A stretch of DNA of 64,000 bases, taken from the NCBI GenBank assembly GCA_965237525.1, contig CBDEFO010000008.1, forward strand, positions 992,001-1,056,000. The letters are read 5' to 3'. The translations under genes and the position numbers were made by a program. The DNA comes from Candidatus Latescibacterota bacterium (GTDB taxonomy: Bacteria; Latescibacterota; CBDEFO01). How positions within the stretch are numbered: position 1 is the first letter of the stretch; each line of letters opens with the position of its first letter. The notes below the pieces were generated by a model. That model worked only from the letters and a program-made list of their open reading frames with translations. It was not told the origin of the DNA and ran no database searches. Of this stretch, positions 1 to 9,722 are shown in pieces.

Positions 1-651
1 TTTGCTGTATAAGCGCGCGTCGGGGTCTGTAGTCGAACGGTGTGTTTGGTTCGTCCACTTTTCACCATGAAAGTCTTTATCCTGAGGATGCCCGGACCTA
101 CCCTTTGTCTTATCACCTTCAAAACCGATTCCCTTGAGATAATCATCAAGAGAAACAGGGGGTTCTATCGGCTCAATACTTTTCACTGAAGCATCAGCTT
201 GTATCTGAGTGCCGTCGACACTAAGGTGTTTACCGCTCACAAGACCGACATCTATGCAACACTGGACTACCTGACGCATTATCCGTTCAAACAACCCACT
301 GGATGCCCACTTGTGATTGCGAAGCTTGTTGATCGTGCTCCTATCCGGAACCGCATCATCAAATGTCTGATGACAAAACAACCGATATGCCGCATGCATC
401 CCCACTTCCTGACAGAGCCGATTCTCACTCAAATTATACAGATAGCCAATAAGGATCATTCGAACAACTAATTCAGGATCAATACCGGGTCTGCCATTGT
501 CAGGGCAATAACAATCTGATACAACGTCTCGTACAAATGAAAAATCAACTGCCTCATCAATCTGACGAAGGATATGATCCTCGGGAACTAAATCCTCCAT
601 CTGAAAATAGTGAAACATCGGATTTGTCTGTTCCTGCTTTTGTGGGGTCAT
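1..651 (-). CDS. IS1182/IS5-like DDE transposase, 5' part (runs off window start)
   Basis: Manual minus-strand translation from ATG at 651 (RBS GGAGG): EDLVPEDHILRQID, GRPGIDPE, VPDRSTI, HLSVDGTQIQADAS, HRSTTDPDARLYSK; absent from ORF track because it is truncated by the window edge. Confidence 0.9.
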   Translation of the reverse strand, partial: MTPQKQEQTNPMFHYFQMEDLVPEDHILRQIDEAVDFSFVRDVVSDCYCPDNGRPGIDPELVVRMILIGYLYNLSENRLCQEVGMHAAYRLFCHQTFDDAVPDRSTINKLRNHKWASSGLFERIMRQVVQCCIDVGLVSGKHLSVDGTQIQADASVKSIEPIEPPVSLDDYLKGIGFEGDKTKGRSGHPQDKDFHGEKWTNQTHRSTTDPDARLYSK

Positions 652-760
652 TGTTTCCTCCATGTATAATATTATCAATAACATAATATAATACATCGGA
701 ACTGCTTTATCAATGCTTGTTCTATACTACTTTCTGAATCTAAGGGTTTTTCACAAGGCT
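1..760 (-). mobile_element. IS1182-family insertion sequence, left portion with probable terminal IR near 747-760
   Basis: Transposase above; minus-strand AGCCTTGTGAAAAA at 760-747 resembles IS1182-type ends; other end outside window. Confidence 0.65.
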
Positions 761-933
761 TCTAATCTTCCCAAAAAGTGTTTTAAAAAAGATCATAGAG
801 ATTAAATTCACAGTCTATGATAACAGTCGCGGTCACCTACTCAAGTCGCTTGACCTTCTTAAGGATACTTTATTATATTTCTGCCTAAAAGCCCGCCGTC
901 CGATCACTCTTTTATTATTTCAAAGAGAAACCT

Positions 934-1386
934 ATGCCTTGATCCATTCGGAATTTAATCCTTTCAGGAGGGGTCGCCCACGATTATGAGACTACATCGG
1001 CTGTGCTCTCGGACATCCTCAAAGGCGCAAATGTGGAATCACAGACAAGTGAGGATATTAGCATCCTCAAGGACAAAGATCTGCAGGATTTCGATATAAT
1101 TACGCTAAACTGCGTAAGGTGGAGTTGCAGCCAGACTCCCGGATGGGAACAATGGGCTTATGAAATCAGCCCCCAAGAACAGGACGGAATACTCGGCTTC
1201 TTAGGCGCGGGTAAGGGACTCTTGGCCCTGCACGCGGCTCCTATCAACTTCGACATCTGGCCGGAATATCAAAAAATCCTGGGAGGATATTGGGAATGGG
1301 GAAAGAGCGTACATGGTCCCTATCAGCCCGGCAGCCATACTCGAACACACAATCTGTCAGAAATGGCGGGCTTTCTTTTTATATAG
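934..1386 (+). pseudogene. ThuA-like (class I glutamine amidotransferase-like) domain pseudogene
   Basis: ATG 934, TGA at 940-942, then in-frame RNLILSGGVAHDY...GKGLLALHAA...ILGG; ends early after SVHGPY. Confidence 0.7.
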
Positions 1387-1451
1387 TATTTATAGAATAG
1401 TTTATGGACACTAAATTATTGTAGGATATATACGTTATCATTACAAAAAGG

Positions 1452-1480
1452 TTGACAAAGAGTAGGAGTCGTCATATATT
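1452..1480 (+). promoter_or_regulatory. sigma70-type promoter
   Basis: TTGACA-17 nt-TATATT upstream of the PAS ORF. Confidence 0.65.
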
Positions 1481-1601
1481 AATTGGTCATAGGAGCATCT
1501 CTTAGTTGAGGGTAAAAGTGCTGCAAGGAAACGCACCCCCAATATACCTCCTGTGGTCATACGTTACGAACTTATGTTAACGGTATCCTGGACAGGAAGC
1601 A

Positions 1602-2272
1602 GTGAGTACAATGATGAAAGATAAAGATAAGACAAAAGAGCAACCCATAGATGAATTGGTAGAAATGCGCAAACAGATTAATGACTTACAGGAGAGCAAC
1701 CAGCGTTTCTCCAAGATCTTTGAGTACTCCAATGATGCAATATTCCTAATTGATCCAGATCGAGATGAAATCCTTGAGGTTAATCCCAAAGCTGGCAGTA
1801 TGCTGGGGTATTCTCGCAAGGAATTATTGTCCATAGGTATATCTGACGTTCATCCTGGTGAGATGCCCAAGTTGCAGGCCTTTGCACAATCAGTTTTTGA
1901 ACAGGGGCACGGATGGACTAATGAGCTCGTTTGTCTGACCAAAACAAAAGAGGTTCTTCCTTGCGAGATTTCAGCCTCGATTATTAATGTTGAAGGAAGG
2001 CGTTGCATAATCGCCATGGTTCGCGACATCACCGAGCGCAAGCAGGTAGAGGAGGCGCTGCAGGTGAAGCCCAAATAACTGTCAGCAGTCACCAATGCAA
2101 TGACAACCTTCCTCATGAGCGAGAACTGGCAAGACGCAACTGCTATTCTCCTGAGCAACGCCTTAGAGCAGACGAACAGTGAGTACGGATTTGCAGGGGC
2201 TGTCGTGGATGAGCCGGGAGGGCAAGTCTTACGTATCCTTTCTCACGAAGGTATCATCTGGGACAAACATAG
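1602..2272 (+). pseudogene. PAS-domain sensor fragment continuing past TAA 2076-2078 into the start of a GAF-like domain; likely broken N-terminus of the downstream activator
   Basis: PAS/PAC motifs ([22 protein letters not shown]); in-frame read past the stop gives LSAVTNAMTTFL...SEYGFAG...ILSHEGIIWD. Confidence 0.6.
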
Positions 2273-3688
2273 ATGAAGGGCGCAAAAGAAGAAGCTGAAA
2301 GAGCGTTGCAGCTTGTCGATTTTACGATTGAACGTGCCGCAGACTCTATCCTTTGGATTGATTCCGAAGCCCGCATTTACCGTGTTAATGAGGCAACCTG
2401 CCGGAGTCTCGGTTACTCACAGGATGAACTGCTTTCCATGACGGTTCACGATTTCGACTTGGAATTCCCGGAAGATGTTTGGCCGGAGGCTTGGGCAAAA
2501 CTCAAGGAATGCAAGGTGCTTACCCTTGAAACGCACTTTCAATCAAAGGAGGGTCGGATATTTCCTGTTGAAGTCACAGCCAACCATATCGAATATGAAG
2601 GGAAAGAATATTCGTGTAGCTTTGTTCGCGATATTACGGAGCGCAAGCGGGCGGAGGAAGCGCTCCGTAATGCACTAGCTGAGGCTGAACAGTTGAAAAA
2701 CCGCCTTCAAGCAGAAAACATATACCTACAAGACGAGATTAAGATTGAACATAACTTCGAGGAAATCATCAGCCGCAGTGAGGTGGTTAATAAAGTACTG
2801 CAGAAAGTTGAGCAGGTCGCCTCTACAGATGCCACAGTGCTGATTCTTGGTGAAACCGGTACCGGCAAGGAACTACTTGCCCGCGCTGTTCATAATATAA
2901 GCGCCCGCAGAGACCGACCGTTGATAAAGGTCAATTGTGCTGCCTTACCGACAAACCTCATCGAAAGTGAACTGTTCGGTTATGAAAAGGGGGCTTTCAC
3001 TGGCGCGCTTTCTCGCAAAATCGGGCGTTTTGAATTAGCCGATGGCGGAACGGTTTTTCTGGACGAGATCGGAGACCTGCGTATGGAATTGCAGGCAAAG
3101 CTCTTACGCGTTTTGGAGGAAGGGGAATTCGAGCGCCTGGGGAATCCACGCACCATTAAAATTGACGTTCGTGTCATTGCAGCCACTAACCGTGATCTGG
3201 AAAAAGCCATAGAGAATGCCGATTTCCGTGAAGACCTCTACTATTGGCTGAATGTCTTTCCGATTAAAAGCCCCCCGCTTCGGGAACGCAAAGAAGATAT
3301 CCCCTTGCTGGTAAAACATTTTATCAGGAAGTATGGCGCGAAGACAGGGAAGAAGATAGAAACAATTCCGCAAAAGGTGATGGACACCCTGCAGGCTTAT
3401 CACTGGCCAGGTAATGTTCGGGAATTGGAAAACATCATTGAGCGGGCGGTGATCATTAGTGGGGCAAACCAACTCGAATTAGGTGATTGCTTTCCAAAAA
3501 GCGGTGCCTCATCCGGCGCGTTACACATCCCTACTCTGGAAGAGCTTGAGAGGGAGCATATCATTGAGGTTTTGGAGTTGACCGGTTGGCGAGTGAGCGG
3601 AAAAAAGGGGGTAGCAAAGATTTTGGGGATAAAACCAACGACTTTGGAAGCAAAGATGAAAAAACTAGGTATCAAGCGCAATAGATAA
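2273..3688 (+). CDS. PAS-domain sigma54-dependent transcriptional activator (FhlA/NtrC-like bEBP)
   Basis: [41 protein letters not shown]-terminal Fis-type HTH. Confidence 0.93.
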   Translation: MKGAKEEAERALQLVDFTIERAADSILWIDSEARIYRVNEATCRSLGYSQDELLSMTVHDFDLEFPEDVWPEAWAKLKECKVLTLETHFQSKEGRIFPVEVTANHIEYEGKEYSCSFVRDITERKRAEEALRNALAEAEQLKNRLQAENIYLQDEIKIEHNFEEIISRSEVVNKVLQKVEQVASTDATVLILGETGTGKELLARAVHNISARRDRPLIKVNCAALPTNLIESELFGYEKGAFTGALSRKIGRFELADGGTVFLDEIGDLRMELQAKLLRVLEEGEFERLGNPRTIKIDVRVIAATNRDLEKAIENADFREDLYYWLNVFPIKSPPLRERKEDIPLLVKHFIRKYGAKTGKKIETIPQKVMDTLQAYHWPGNVRELENIIERAVIISGANQLELGDCFPKSGASSGALHIPTLEELEREHIIEVLELTGWRVSGKKGVAKILGIKPTTLEAKMKKLGIKRNR

Positions 3689-3825
3689 AAATCCCAATAG
3701 TTTGTGAATTCCTAATATACTGGGATATCATTCAGTCCTTTTCAGAGACTGCCAAAGCATTTCAAGTATATATAAGTTAAATATCTTTGGCCATTTGGAA
3801 TATCTTCCAAATGGTTTTTTGTTTT

Positions 3826-3841
3826 TGGTATGGGATTTGCA
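3826..3841 (+). promoter_or_regulatory. sigma54 -24/-12 promoter for the thioredoxin gene
   Basis: TGGTATGGGATTTGCA matches TGGYAYRNNNNTTGCW; directly downstream of a bEBP gene. Confidence 0.7.
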
Positions 3842-3894
3842 GTATATATGAACAGGCTAAAGATAGCAGAATGGAAAAACCGATAAGAGATGGA

Positions 3895-4238
3895 ATGATG
3901 AAAGAAAATACAATTTACATCACCCTGGCCGACACAAACTTCCAGAAAGAAGTGCTTGAGAGCACGCAACCTATTTTGGTGGAATTTGAGGCTGATTGGT
4001 GGGGACCATGTCATATTATGGCTCCAATAATAGAAGAATTGCCTCCTGATTTTAAAGGGCTCATTTCAATGGGGAAGCTGGATATTGACAACTATGAGGG
4101 AGTGGCTAAAGAGTACGGAATCTGGCATCTTCCCACATTCCTCTTTTTTAAGAATGGTCAGGTTGTAGATCATATCATTAAGGAATTGTTTCAAAGAATG
4201 ATCTAACACTCAGACTCAAAACCCTGTTACAACAGTAA
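3895..4238 (+). pseudogene. Thioredoxin, degenerate (WWGPC active site, C-terminal frameshift)
   Basis: NFQKEVLES-QPILVEF-ADWWGPC...LPTFLFFKNG; natural C-terminus GIVSKNDLTLRLKTLLQQ* lies in another frame after ~4180. Confidence 0.7.
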
Positions 4239-4470
4239 AGAACCCTCATGCAGAGCGGTGAGGGCTTTAAAACCTCAGTTCCTTAGGCTTCTCCATATTC
4301 ACAGTGCTTACAAAATACCAGGGTCATTTAGTTTTTTTCTTTTGGACGTTAGGATCGTTTCAGCAACAGAATCGAGATTGCTTAGCTTCGTCTTTTGGTC
4401 ATTGCGAGGGGGTTCACCCCGAAGAAATCCCAGATAGATTCAATCGGGGACCAACAAATCCGTTGAAACC

Positions 4471-5154
4471 ATGCTGATACGCGATGAATTAAAGGCAGAA
4501 AGGATTTTGAAGATACTTTTATGCCTGAGCACAACTCGCGGCGTCAAAGCATCCAATTTGGCTGAGAAGTTTAACATAACTCAGCGGACTATACATAGAG
4601 ACCTGATGTCTCTTTCCCGAGTAGGGGCACCCGTCTACAGCGATAGAGACGGATGGAAACTCCTTTCTTCATTTTCGCTCCCGACCATCGGGCTTTCTTT
4701 TGAGGAGGCCATAGCTTTGCACTTGGCGGCTTCGTCCGCTCCCCCACAGAAGATTCAACCTTTTTCCAAGCAGGTTGAATCTGCACTTTCGAAGATCAAA
4801 GAAACTTTTACAGATGCGGTCAGAAGGGACTTAGAGGAGGTCGTCGGCAGGATCGATATAGTACCTCAGACAAAAGCGGACGATTTCAAAAGCAAAACAT
4901 TGGACACTGTGTTCGACAGGGTGGGAAAATCTATATACAATGAGACCTCGATTATAGCTTCGTACCGCTCGGACTCCAGAGATGATCCCATAGAGCGCCG
5001 ATTGAACCCTTATGCTCTCTTCTTCCGTCGACATTTCTGGTATCTGGTGGCGTACGATCATAAAGATGAAAGAACGGAGACCTTCAGGATAAACAAATTC
5101 GAATGGGTAAAAAGAACAAAAACCAGATTCGATATACCAGAAGATTTCGATTGA
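4471..5154 (+). CDS. HTH-WYL (PafB/C-like) transcriptional regulator, C-terminally truncated
   Basis: LAEKFNITQRTIHRDL HTH; RRLNPYALF...WYLVAYDH...TFRINK WYL motifs; stops at PEDFD with no WCX domain. Confidence 0.85.
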   Translation: MLIRDELKAERILKILLCLSTTRGVKASNLAEKFNITQRTIHRDLMSLSRVGAPVYSDRDGWKLLSSFSLPTIGLSFEEAIALHLAASSAPPQKIQPFSKQVESALSKIKETFTDAVRRDLEEVVGRIDIVPQTKADDFKSKTLDTVFDRVGKSIYNETSIIASYRSDSRDDPIERRLNPYALFFRRHFWYLVAYDHKDERTETFRINKFEWVKRTKTRFDIPEDFD

Positions 5155-5227
5155 GTCCACACTTCTGTACATACCACCAAGGATTGGCAAAACCGTCAGT
5201 CACACAGAAAGCGTATTCATCACAGCA

Positions 5228-6826
5228 TCACGTCAGACCTACTATCTCATCTTTATCCATTTTCACCTCTATCAAAGTAGGCCTATCCATCTGGAGGGCC
5301 TCGGACAGGAGGGATTTAAGGTCTTCCAACTTGTCCACTCTCATCCCCTGTGCCCCGAGCGATCTGGCCAAGTCCACAAAGTCAGGGTTATAAATGTCGA
5401 TATCTATATACCTGCCGTCGCACGATCTGTTCTGAGCGCTCATTATCGAGCTTAAACAGCCATCGTTTATCACGACCGACACCACGTTAATCCCGTATTG
5501 CGCAGCTGTTGAAAGCTCCTGACAGGTCATCATAAATCCCGCGTCTCCGCTGAGCGAAACGACCTGCCTCTGTGGATATGCTAACTTTGCGCCTAATGCT
5601 GCCGGGAGTGCGTATCCCATCGCAGCATAAGTTGCCGAAAAGAGGAAGCTCCTGGGACAGTAAATTTCAAATTCCGATCGGGTTCGGTACCCTAATACCG
5701 TCACATCGACAGAAAGTATCGCATCCCGTTCCAGAACGTCTCTCAGGTCTGGGAGGATCGGAGCTTTGGTTCTCTCTTCAACCTTTTGACCTATCCTTAG
5801 GAGCGTAGGTTCCCAGCACCTGTTGGCGCGATCGCCCTTCAATTTCAGTTGGTCTATAAGCTGTTTTAAGACGGTCTTGACGTCCCCCACCACTCCCACT
5901 TCGACCGGATATTCTCTCCCTATCTCCTCCTCATCGCAGTCGATCTGTATCAACTGTTCGGGAAGTTCTAAAGACCAGCTCCTCGTATCTAACTCAGTGA
6001 AACGGCATCCGATCGCTAATACTGTTTCAGCTTCCGATAGGGCACTTCCAGCGACATGGCCGGCCATGTCGCCCAGAGCTGGTGGGTTGCCCTCAGGCAT
6101 AATCCCTTTGCCAAAACGGGTCGTGACAACAGGAGCTCCCAATAGTTTGGAGAGAAGGCAAAGCTCGTCCCGCGCATCTGACGTTACTACTCCCCTTCCG
6201 GCTAAAATTATAGGAAGTTCCGACCGTACTATCAGATCAGCCGCTGCCTCGATCTGCTCCATATCCCCCTCAATTCGTTCCATCTCCACCCTGTCGGGAA
6301 TATCGCAATCGGCTTCGGAGCTCGCGACATCGTTTGGAAGTTCGATCACCACAGGGCCAGGTCTGCCCGACCTTAAGACATCAAAGGCGGTCTCTATGAG
6401 CTTAGGTATCCCTTCGGCTGAATCCGCGCGGGCGCACCATTTAGTCATAGGCTCAAAAAATGACATCAGGTCGAGGCCGTGTATCAACTTGCTCTTATCT
6501 TTGGCAGCTAGCTTGACATCGGTCCCGCCGGCGATCAGCAGAACCGGGACACAGGCTGTGTAGGCCTCGCCTATCCCTGTAGCGGCGTTCGATGCACCGG
6601 GACCTGGGATGGTCAGCGCCACGCCTACGTCTCCTGTAGCCCTCGCATAGCCGTCAGCCATCAATGCGGCTCCCTGCTCGTGGCGGATGAGGACGCGATC
6701 GATCCCCTGACCCCGTCTGTATAGTGCGTCGTAGATATGGATATTATGAGTGCCCGGCATGCCGAATATCATACTGATACCCTGGGCTTTGAGGCACTCT
6801 ACAAGTATTTCCCCGCCAGTCATCAA
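5228..6826 (-). CDS. Thiamine pyrophosphate-dependent enzyme (acetolactate synthase large subunit-like)
   Basis: FGMPG, RHEQGAALMADGYAR, GPGASN, GDAGF...NDG TPP motif. Confidence 0.9.
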   Translation of the reverse strand: MMTGGEILVECLKAQGISMIFGMPGTHNIHIYDALYRRGQGIDRVLIRHEQGAALMADGYARATGDVGVALTIPGPGASNAATGIGEAYTACVPVLLIAGGTDVKLAAKDKSKLIHGLDLMSFFEPMTKWCARADSAEGIPKLIETAFDVLRSGRPGPVVIELPNDVASSEADCDIPDRVEMERIEGDMEQIEAAADLIVRSELPIILAGRGVVTSDARDELCLLSKLLGAPVVTTRFGKGIMPEGNPPALGDMAGHVAGSALSEAETVLAIGCRFTELDTRSWSLELPEQLIQIDCDEEEIGREYPVEVGVVGDVKTVLKQLIDQLKLKGDRANRCWEPTLLRIGQKVEERTKAPILPDLRDVLERDAILSVDVTVLGYRTRSEFEIYCPRSFLFSATYAAMGYALPAALGAKLAYPQRQVVSLSGDAGFMMTCQELSTAAQYGINVVSVVINDGCLSSIMSAQNRSCDGRYIDIDIYNPDFVDLARSLGAQGMRVDKLEDLKSLLSEALQMDRPTLIEVKMDKDEIVGLT

Positions 6827-7046
6827 AGCTATCCTACCTTTCTGTACCTAACATAATCACTCAAACCGATAATATCTTTGCAATCTCAGGTAAAAAATAC
6901 GAACTTACCGCTTATAGATCAAGCAGAATCTGATATCATCTCAACGAAGGAGATGCAAAAATAGCTTGATTTTGGGGTCAGGTGAAAGTATTATATGTGT
7001 CGAGCAAGATATATTTTGAACATTCATAAACGGACAAATCCGACGT

Positions 7047-7104
7047 GTCAGACAAGAATGTCTGACCCACCAGTTGGTTAGTAGGACAGACATTCTTGTC
7101 TGTC
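7047..7104. repeat. REP-like inverted palindrome pair
   Basis: GTCAGACAAGAATGTCTGACCCAC ... GTAGGACAGACATTCTTGTCTGTC are mutually inverted. Confidence 0.7.
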
Positions 7105-7157
7105 CTGAATGACCCACACATAAGGAAAGCCCTTACGAATAGAACAGGAGGCACAGT

Positions 7158-7712
7158 TTGGATCGCGAAAGTACTATGGAACTTCTGAAGAAACACACTA
7201 AAAGCGACAGTCTGATCAAACACGCCCTGGCTGTGGAGGCCGCCGTGCGAGCCTACGCCAATAAATACGGAGAAGACGAAGACAAATGGGGCATAGTCGG
7301 TCTCATCCACGACTTTGACTACGAGGAGAAACCGGACCCCAAGGATCATCCGATCAGAGGCTCTGAGATCCTCCGCGAAGAGGGCTACCCTGAGGACATC
7401 ATCTACGCCATCCTCTCGCACGCTCAATACCTGAACCTTGAGCGCAAGAGCCTTATGGACAAAGCCCTCTTTGCAGTTGACGAGCTTACGGGATTCATAA
7501 CTGCCGTCGCCCTGGTCAGACCTTCCAGAAGCGTGATGGACGTGAAGGTCAGCTCAGTCAAAAAGAAGATGAAAGCGAAGGCGTTTGCGGCCGGAGTCAG
7601 CAGAGAGGACATCAGACAGGGGACAGAGGAATTGGGCATAGATTTAGACGAGCACATAGACTTTGTGATAAAGGCGATGCAGGGCGTGGCAGATCAACTC
7701 GGGCTGGGATAA
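7158..7712 (+). CDS. HDIG-type HD-domain phosphohydrolase
   Basis: KHALAVE, GLIHDFDYE, AILSH, LFAVDELTG; RBS AGGAGG. Confidence 0.9.
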   Translation: MDRESTMELLKKHTKSDSLIKHALAVEAAVRAYANKYGEDEDKWGIVGLIHDFDYEEKPDPKDHPIRGSEILREEGYPEDIIYAILSHAQYLNLERKSLMDKALFAVDELTGFITAVALVRPSRSVMDVKVSSVKKKMKAKAFAAGVSREDIRQGTEELGIDLDEHIDFVIKAMQGVADQLGLG

Positions 7713-7806
7713 GCAGTAGACGCAATTCCCCGAACTTTCCAGATCGATAATAGACCTAAAAAGAAGCTGCGGGCCTAACGTTACATTATAAAAGGGGGAT
7801 AAATCC

Positions 7807-8337
7807 ATGCAGATACTTACATCCAATAGAGCGATAGTGTTAGCTGTTAGTCTCGCTCTGATCTTTGCTCTCGGTGTGATGACTTCGACAGCAGGGGAGA
7901 AGACAAAGGTCTCAGGGAAGATGACAGCCGCTTTCACTAAACAGGAAAAGGCTATTGTTGGTGATACTGAGGGTCACGTCATTGGCCTAAACGAGTCAGA
8001 AGGGACTAATGTCAGCACAGGCAAGCACAAGTTCATGGACGGCGCTCAGCTTGTTCTCATGGGATCCAGTGATCTTGTTAAGGGAACCGGGACTGAGCAG
8101 GGCTACGGAAAATTTACCCAAAATGGCGATGCCGTTTTCTTTAAATGGGAGGGAAAGCTTACGACGACCGTTTCTACTGAGGGCACCCATACCACCACAT
8201 TTGCAGGGACCTTCTCTTTTATCAAAGGGACAGGTCAGTTTGAGAACATCCACGGGAGTGGCACCTACAAAGGAAAGGCGATTTCAGAGACGAGCTGGAT
8301 TGCGAAATGGGAAGGCAAATACTCCGTTAAAAAGTAA
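7807..8337 (+). CDS. Secreted beta-rich hypothetical protein
   Basis: Signal peptide-like N-terminus; GTFSFIKGTGQFENIHGSGTY beta-strand pattern; RBS AGGGGG. Confidence 0.65.
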   Translation: MQILTSNRAIVLAVSLALIFALGVMTSTAGEKTKVSGKMTAAFTKQEKAIVGDTEGHVIGLNESEGTNVSTGKHKFMDGAQLVLMGSSDLVKGTGTEQGYGKFTQNGDAVFFKWEGKLTTTVSTEGTHTTTFAGTFSFIKGTGQFENIHGSGTYKGKAISETSWIAKWEGKYSVKK

Positions 8338-8642
8338 CAAAACAGTTTGATCGTTGGATTCTTTGTAGGACAATGCTGCAGGCCCGCGGCTTCTTAGATT
8401 AGCTTGCACTTGGATAAGTAGAACGCCCAATGTCACAGATAAGCCGGCAGACGGAAAATTGCAATTTGGACACGCTTTTCTTGATGTTTGATTCACTTTG
8501 TTGTATATTCTGCTCTAATTCGGTATATATGCTACGGATGAACTTTACTTCAGAAATGAACGAGTTATATGGAATTGCGCCCTATGAATAAGGTTTTTCA
8601 TGTGAATATAGGCTGTTGACAACCAAAGTTAGAGAATGCTAA

Positions 8643-9713
8643 ATGAATGAGTATTCCGGTCGCACATTACATCAAATCGGACCTTACATTGGAAAGATAA
8701 GACCTTCTCTGGCAAGACAACTTGTGACGCGGTACTCCACACCTGGCGATTGGGTTTGGGACCCATTCTGTGGATCAGGAACCATACCCCTCGAGTGCAG
8801 ACTTCTCTCAAGACATGTTATTGCAGCTGACATAAATCCCTATGCTTGTGCCTTGACAAGGGCTAAGCTGCACGCACCTATTTCAGAGAACGCTAGTCTT
8901 TCTCAATTGAACCTGGCAACAGAAGCATTCGAGAATCTATCACAAGAGAACACCGATCAAACACCACAATGGGTAGAAGAATTCTTTCACGCCCGGACGC
9001 TGAAGGAAACGAAAGACCTTATGACAGAATTTATGAGGAAGAAACAATACTTCAATGCTGGTTGCTTGCTCGGAATATTACATCATCAGAGACCTGGCTT
9101 TCTTTCATATCCAGCGAGTCATCTGGTTCCGTACCTCCGTGATCGGTTGTATCCACGTGATCGGTACCCTGAGGCCTACGAATATCGTGATCCGATCCCT
9201 CGTCTTGAAGCGAAGATCAAACGAGTGCTCGCTAACCCTCCTCTGCCTCTGGCTTCACGATACAAGGTACTTCAGAAATCGGCACTCGAAAAGTATTTGC
9301 CTGAGACATCTATAGATGCTGTCATAACCAGTCCGCCCTATATGAATGCTTTAGATTATGCAAGGGACAATCGGCTTCGTCTTTGGTTCCTAGGCTCAAG
9401 TGACTATAAGGAAATCAAAAACAAAGAGATAAGAAAAATCAGTAGCTTTGCGGAAGATATGTTTGTTGTTTTGCAGATGATGGCGCGAGTTATCAAGCCA
9501 CGAGGAATCTGCATTCTTGTTCTAGGAGATGTGACACGAACCAATAGGAAGTATGATCTGCCAATAATGATTTCTGACGTTATTGTGACTAGAGTAAAAG
9601 AACTGCGCCTCGAAAATCAATGGACTGAAAACGTTCCCTATCACAGCCGAACTCGTAGAAACGGACAAGCAACTCGAAACGAGACTGTTATGGTTTTCCG
9701 GAACAACGATTAG
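8643..9713 (+). CDS. DNA amino-methyltransferase (N4-C/N6-A type; motif I before SPPY)
   Basis: VWDPFCGSGT SAM-binding motif, ADINP, IDAVITSPPY catalytic motif, RVIKPRGICILVLGD. Confidence 0.88.
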   Translation: MNEYSGRTLHQIGPYIGKIRPSLARQLVTRYSTPGDWVWDPFCGSGTIPLECRLLSRHVIAADINPYACALTRAKLHAPISENASLSQLNLATEAFENLSQENTDQTPQWVEEFFHARTLKETKDLMTEFMRKKQYFNAGCLLGILHHQRPGFLSYPASHLVPYLRDRLYPRDRYPEAYEYRDPIPRLEAKIKRVLANPPLPLASRYKVLQKSALEKYLPETSIDAVITSPPYMNALDYARDNRLRLWFLGSSDYKEIKNKEIRKISSFAEDMFVVLQMMARVIKPRGICILVLGDVTRTNRKYDLPIMISDVIVTRVKELRLENQWTENVPYHSRTRRNGQATRNETVMVFRNND

Positions 9714-9722
9714 GAGGTAGTC

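Noticed and set aside
199..471. Plus-strand 90-aa ORF and the many other short antisense or overlapping ORFs in the track
   Set aside because: Shadows of motif-supported genes on the opposite strand or frame (here the transposase)
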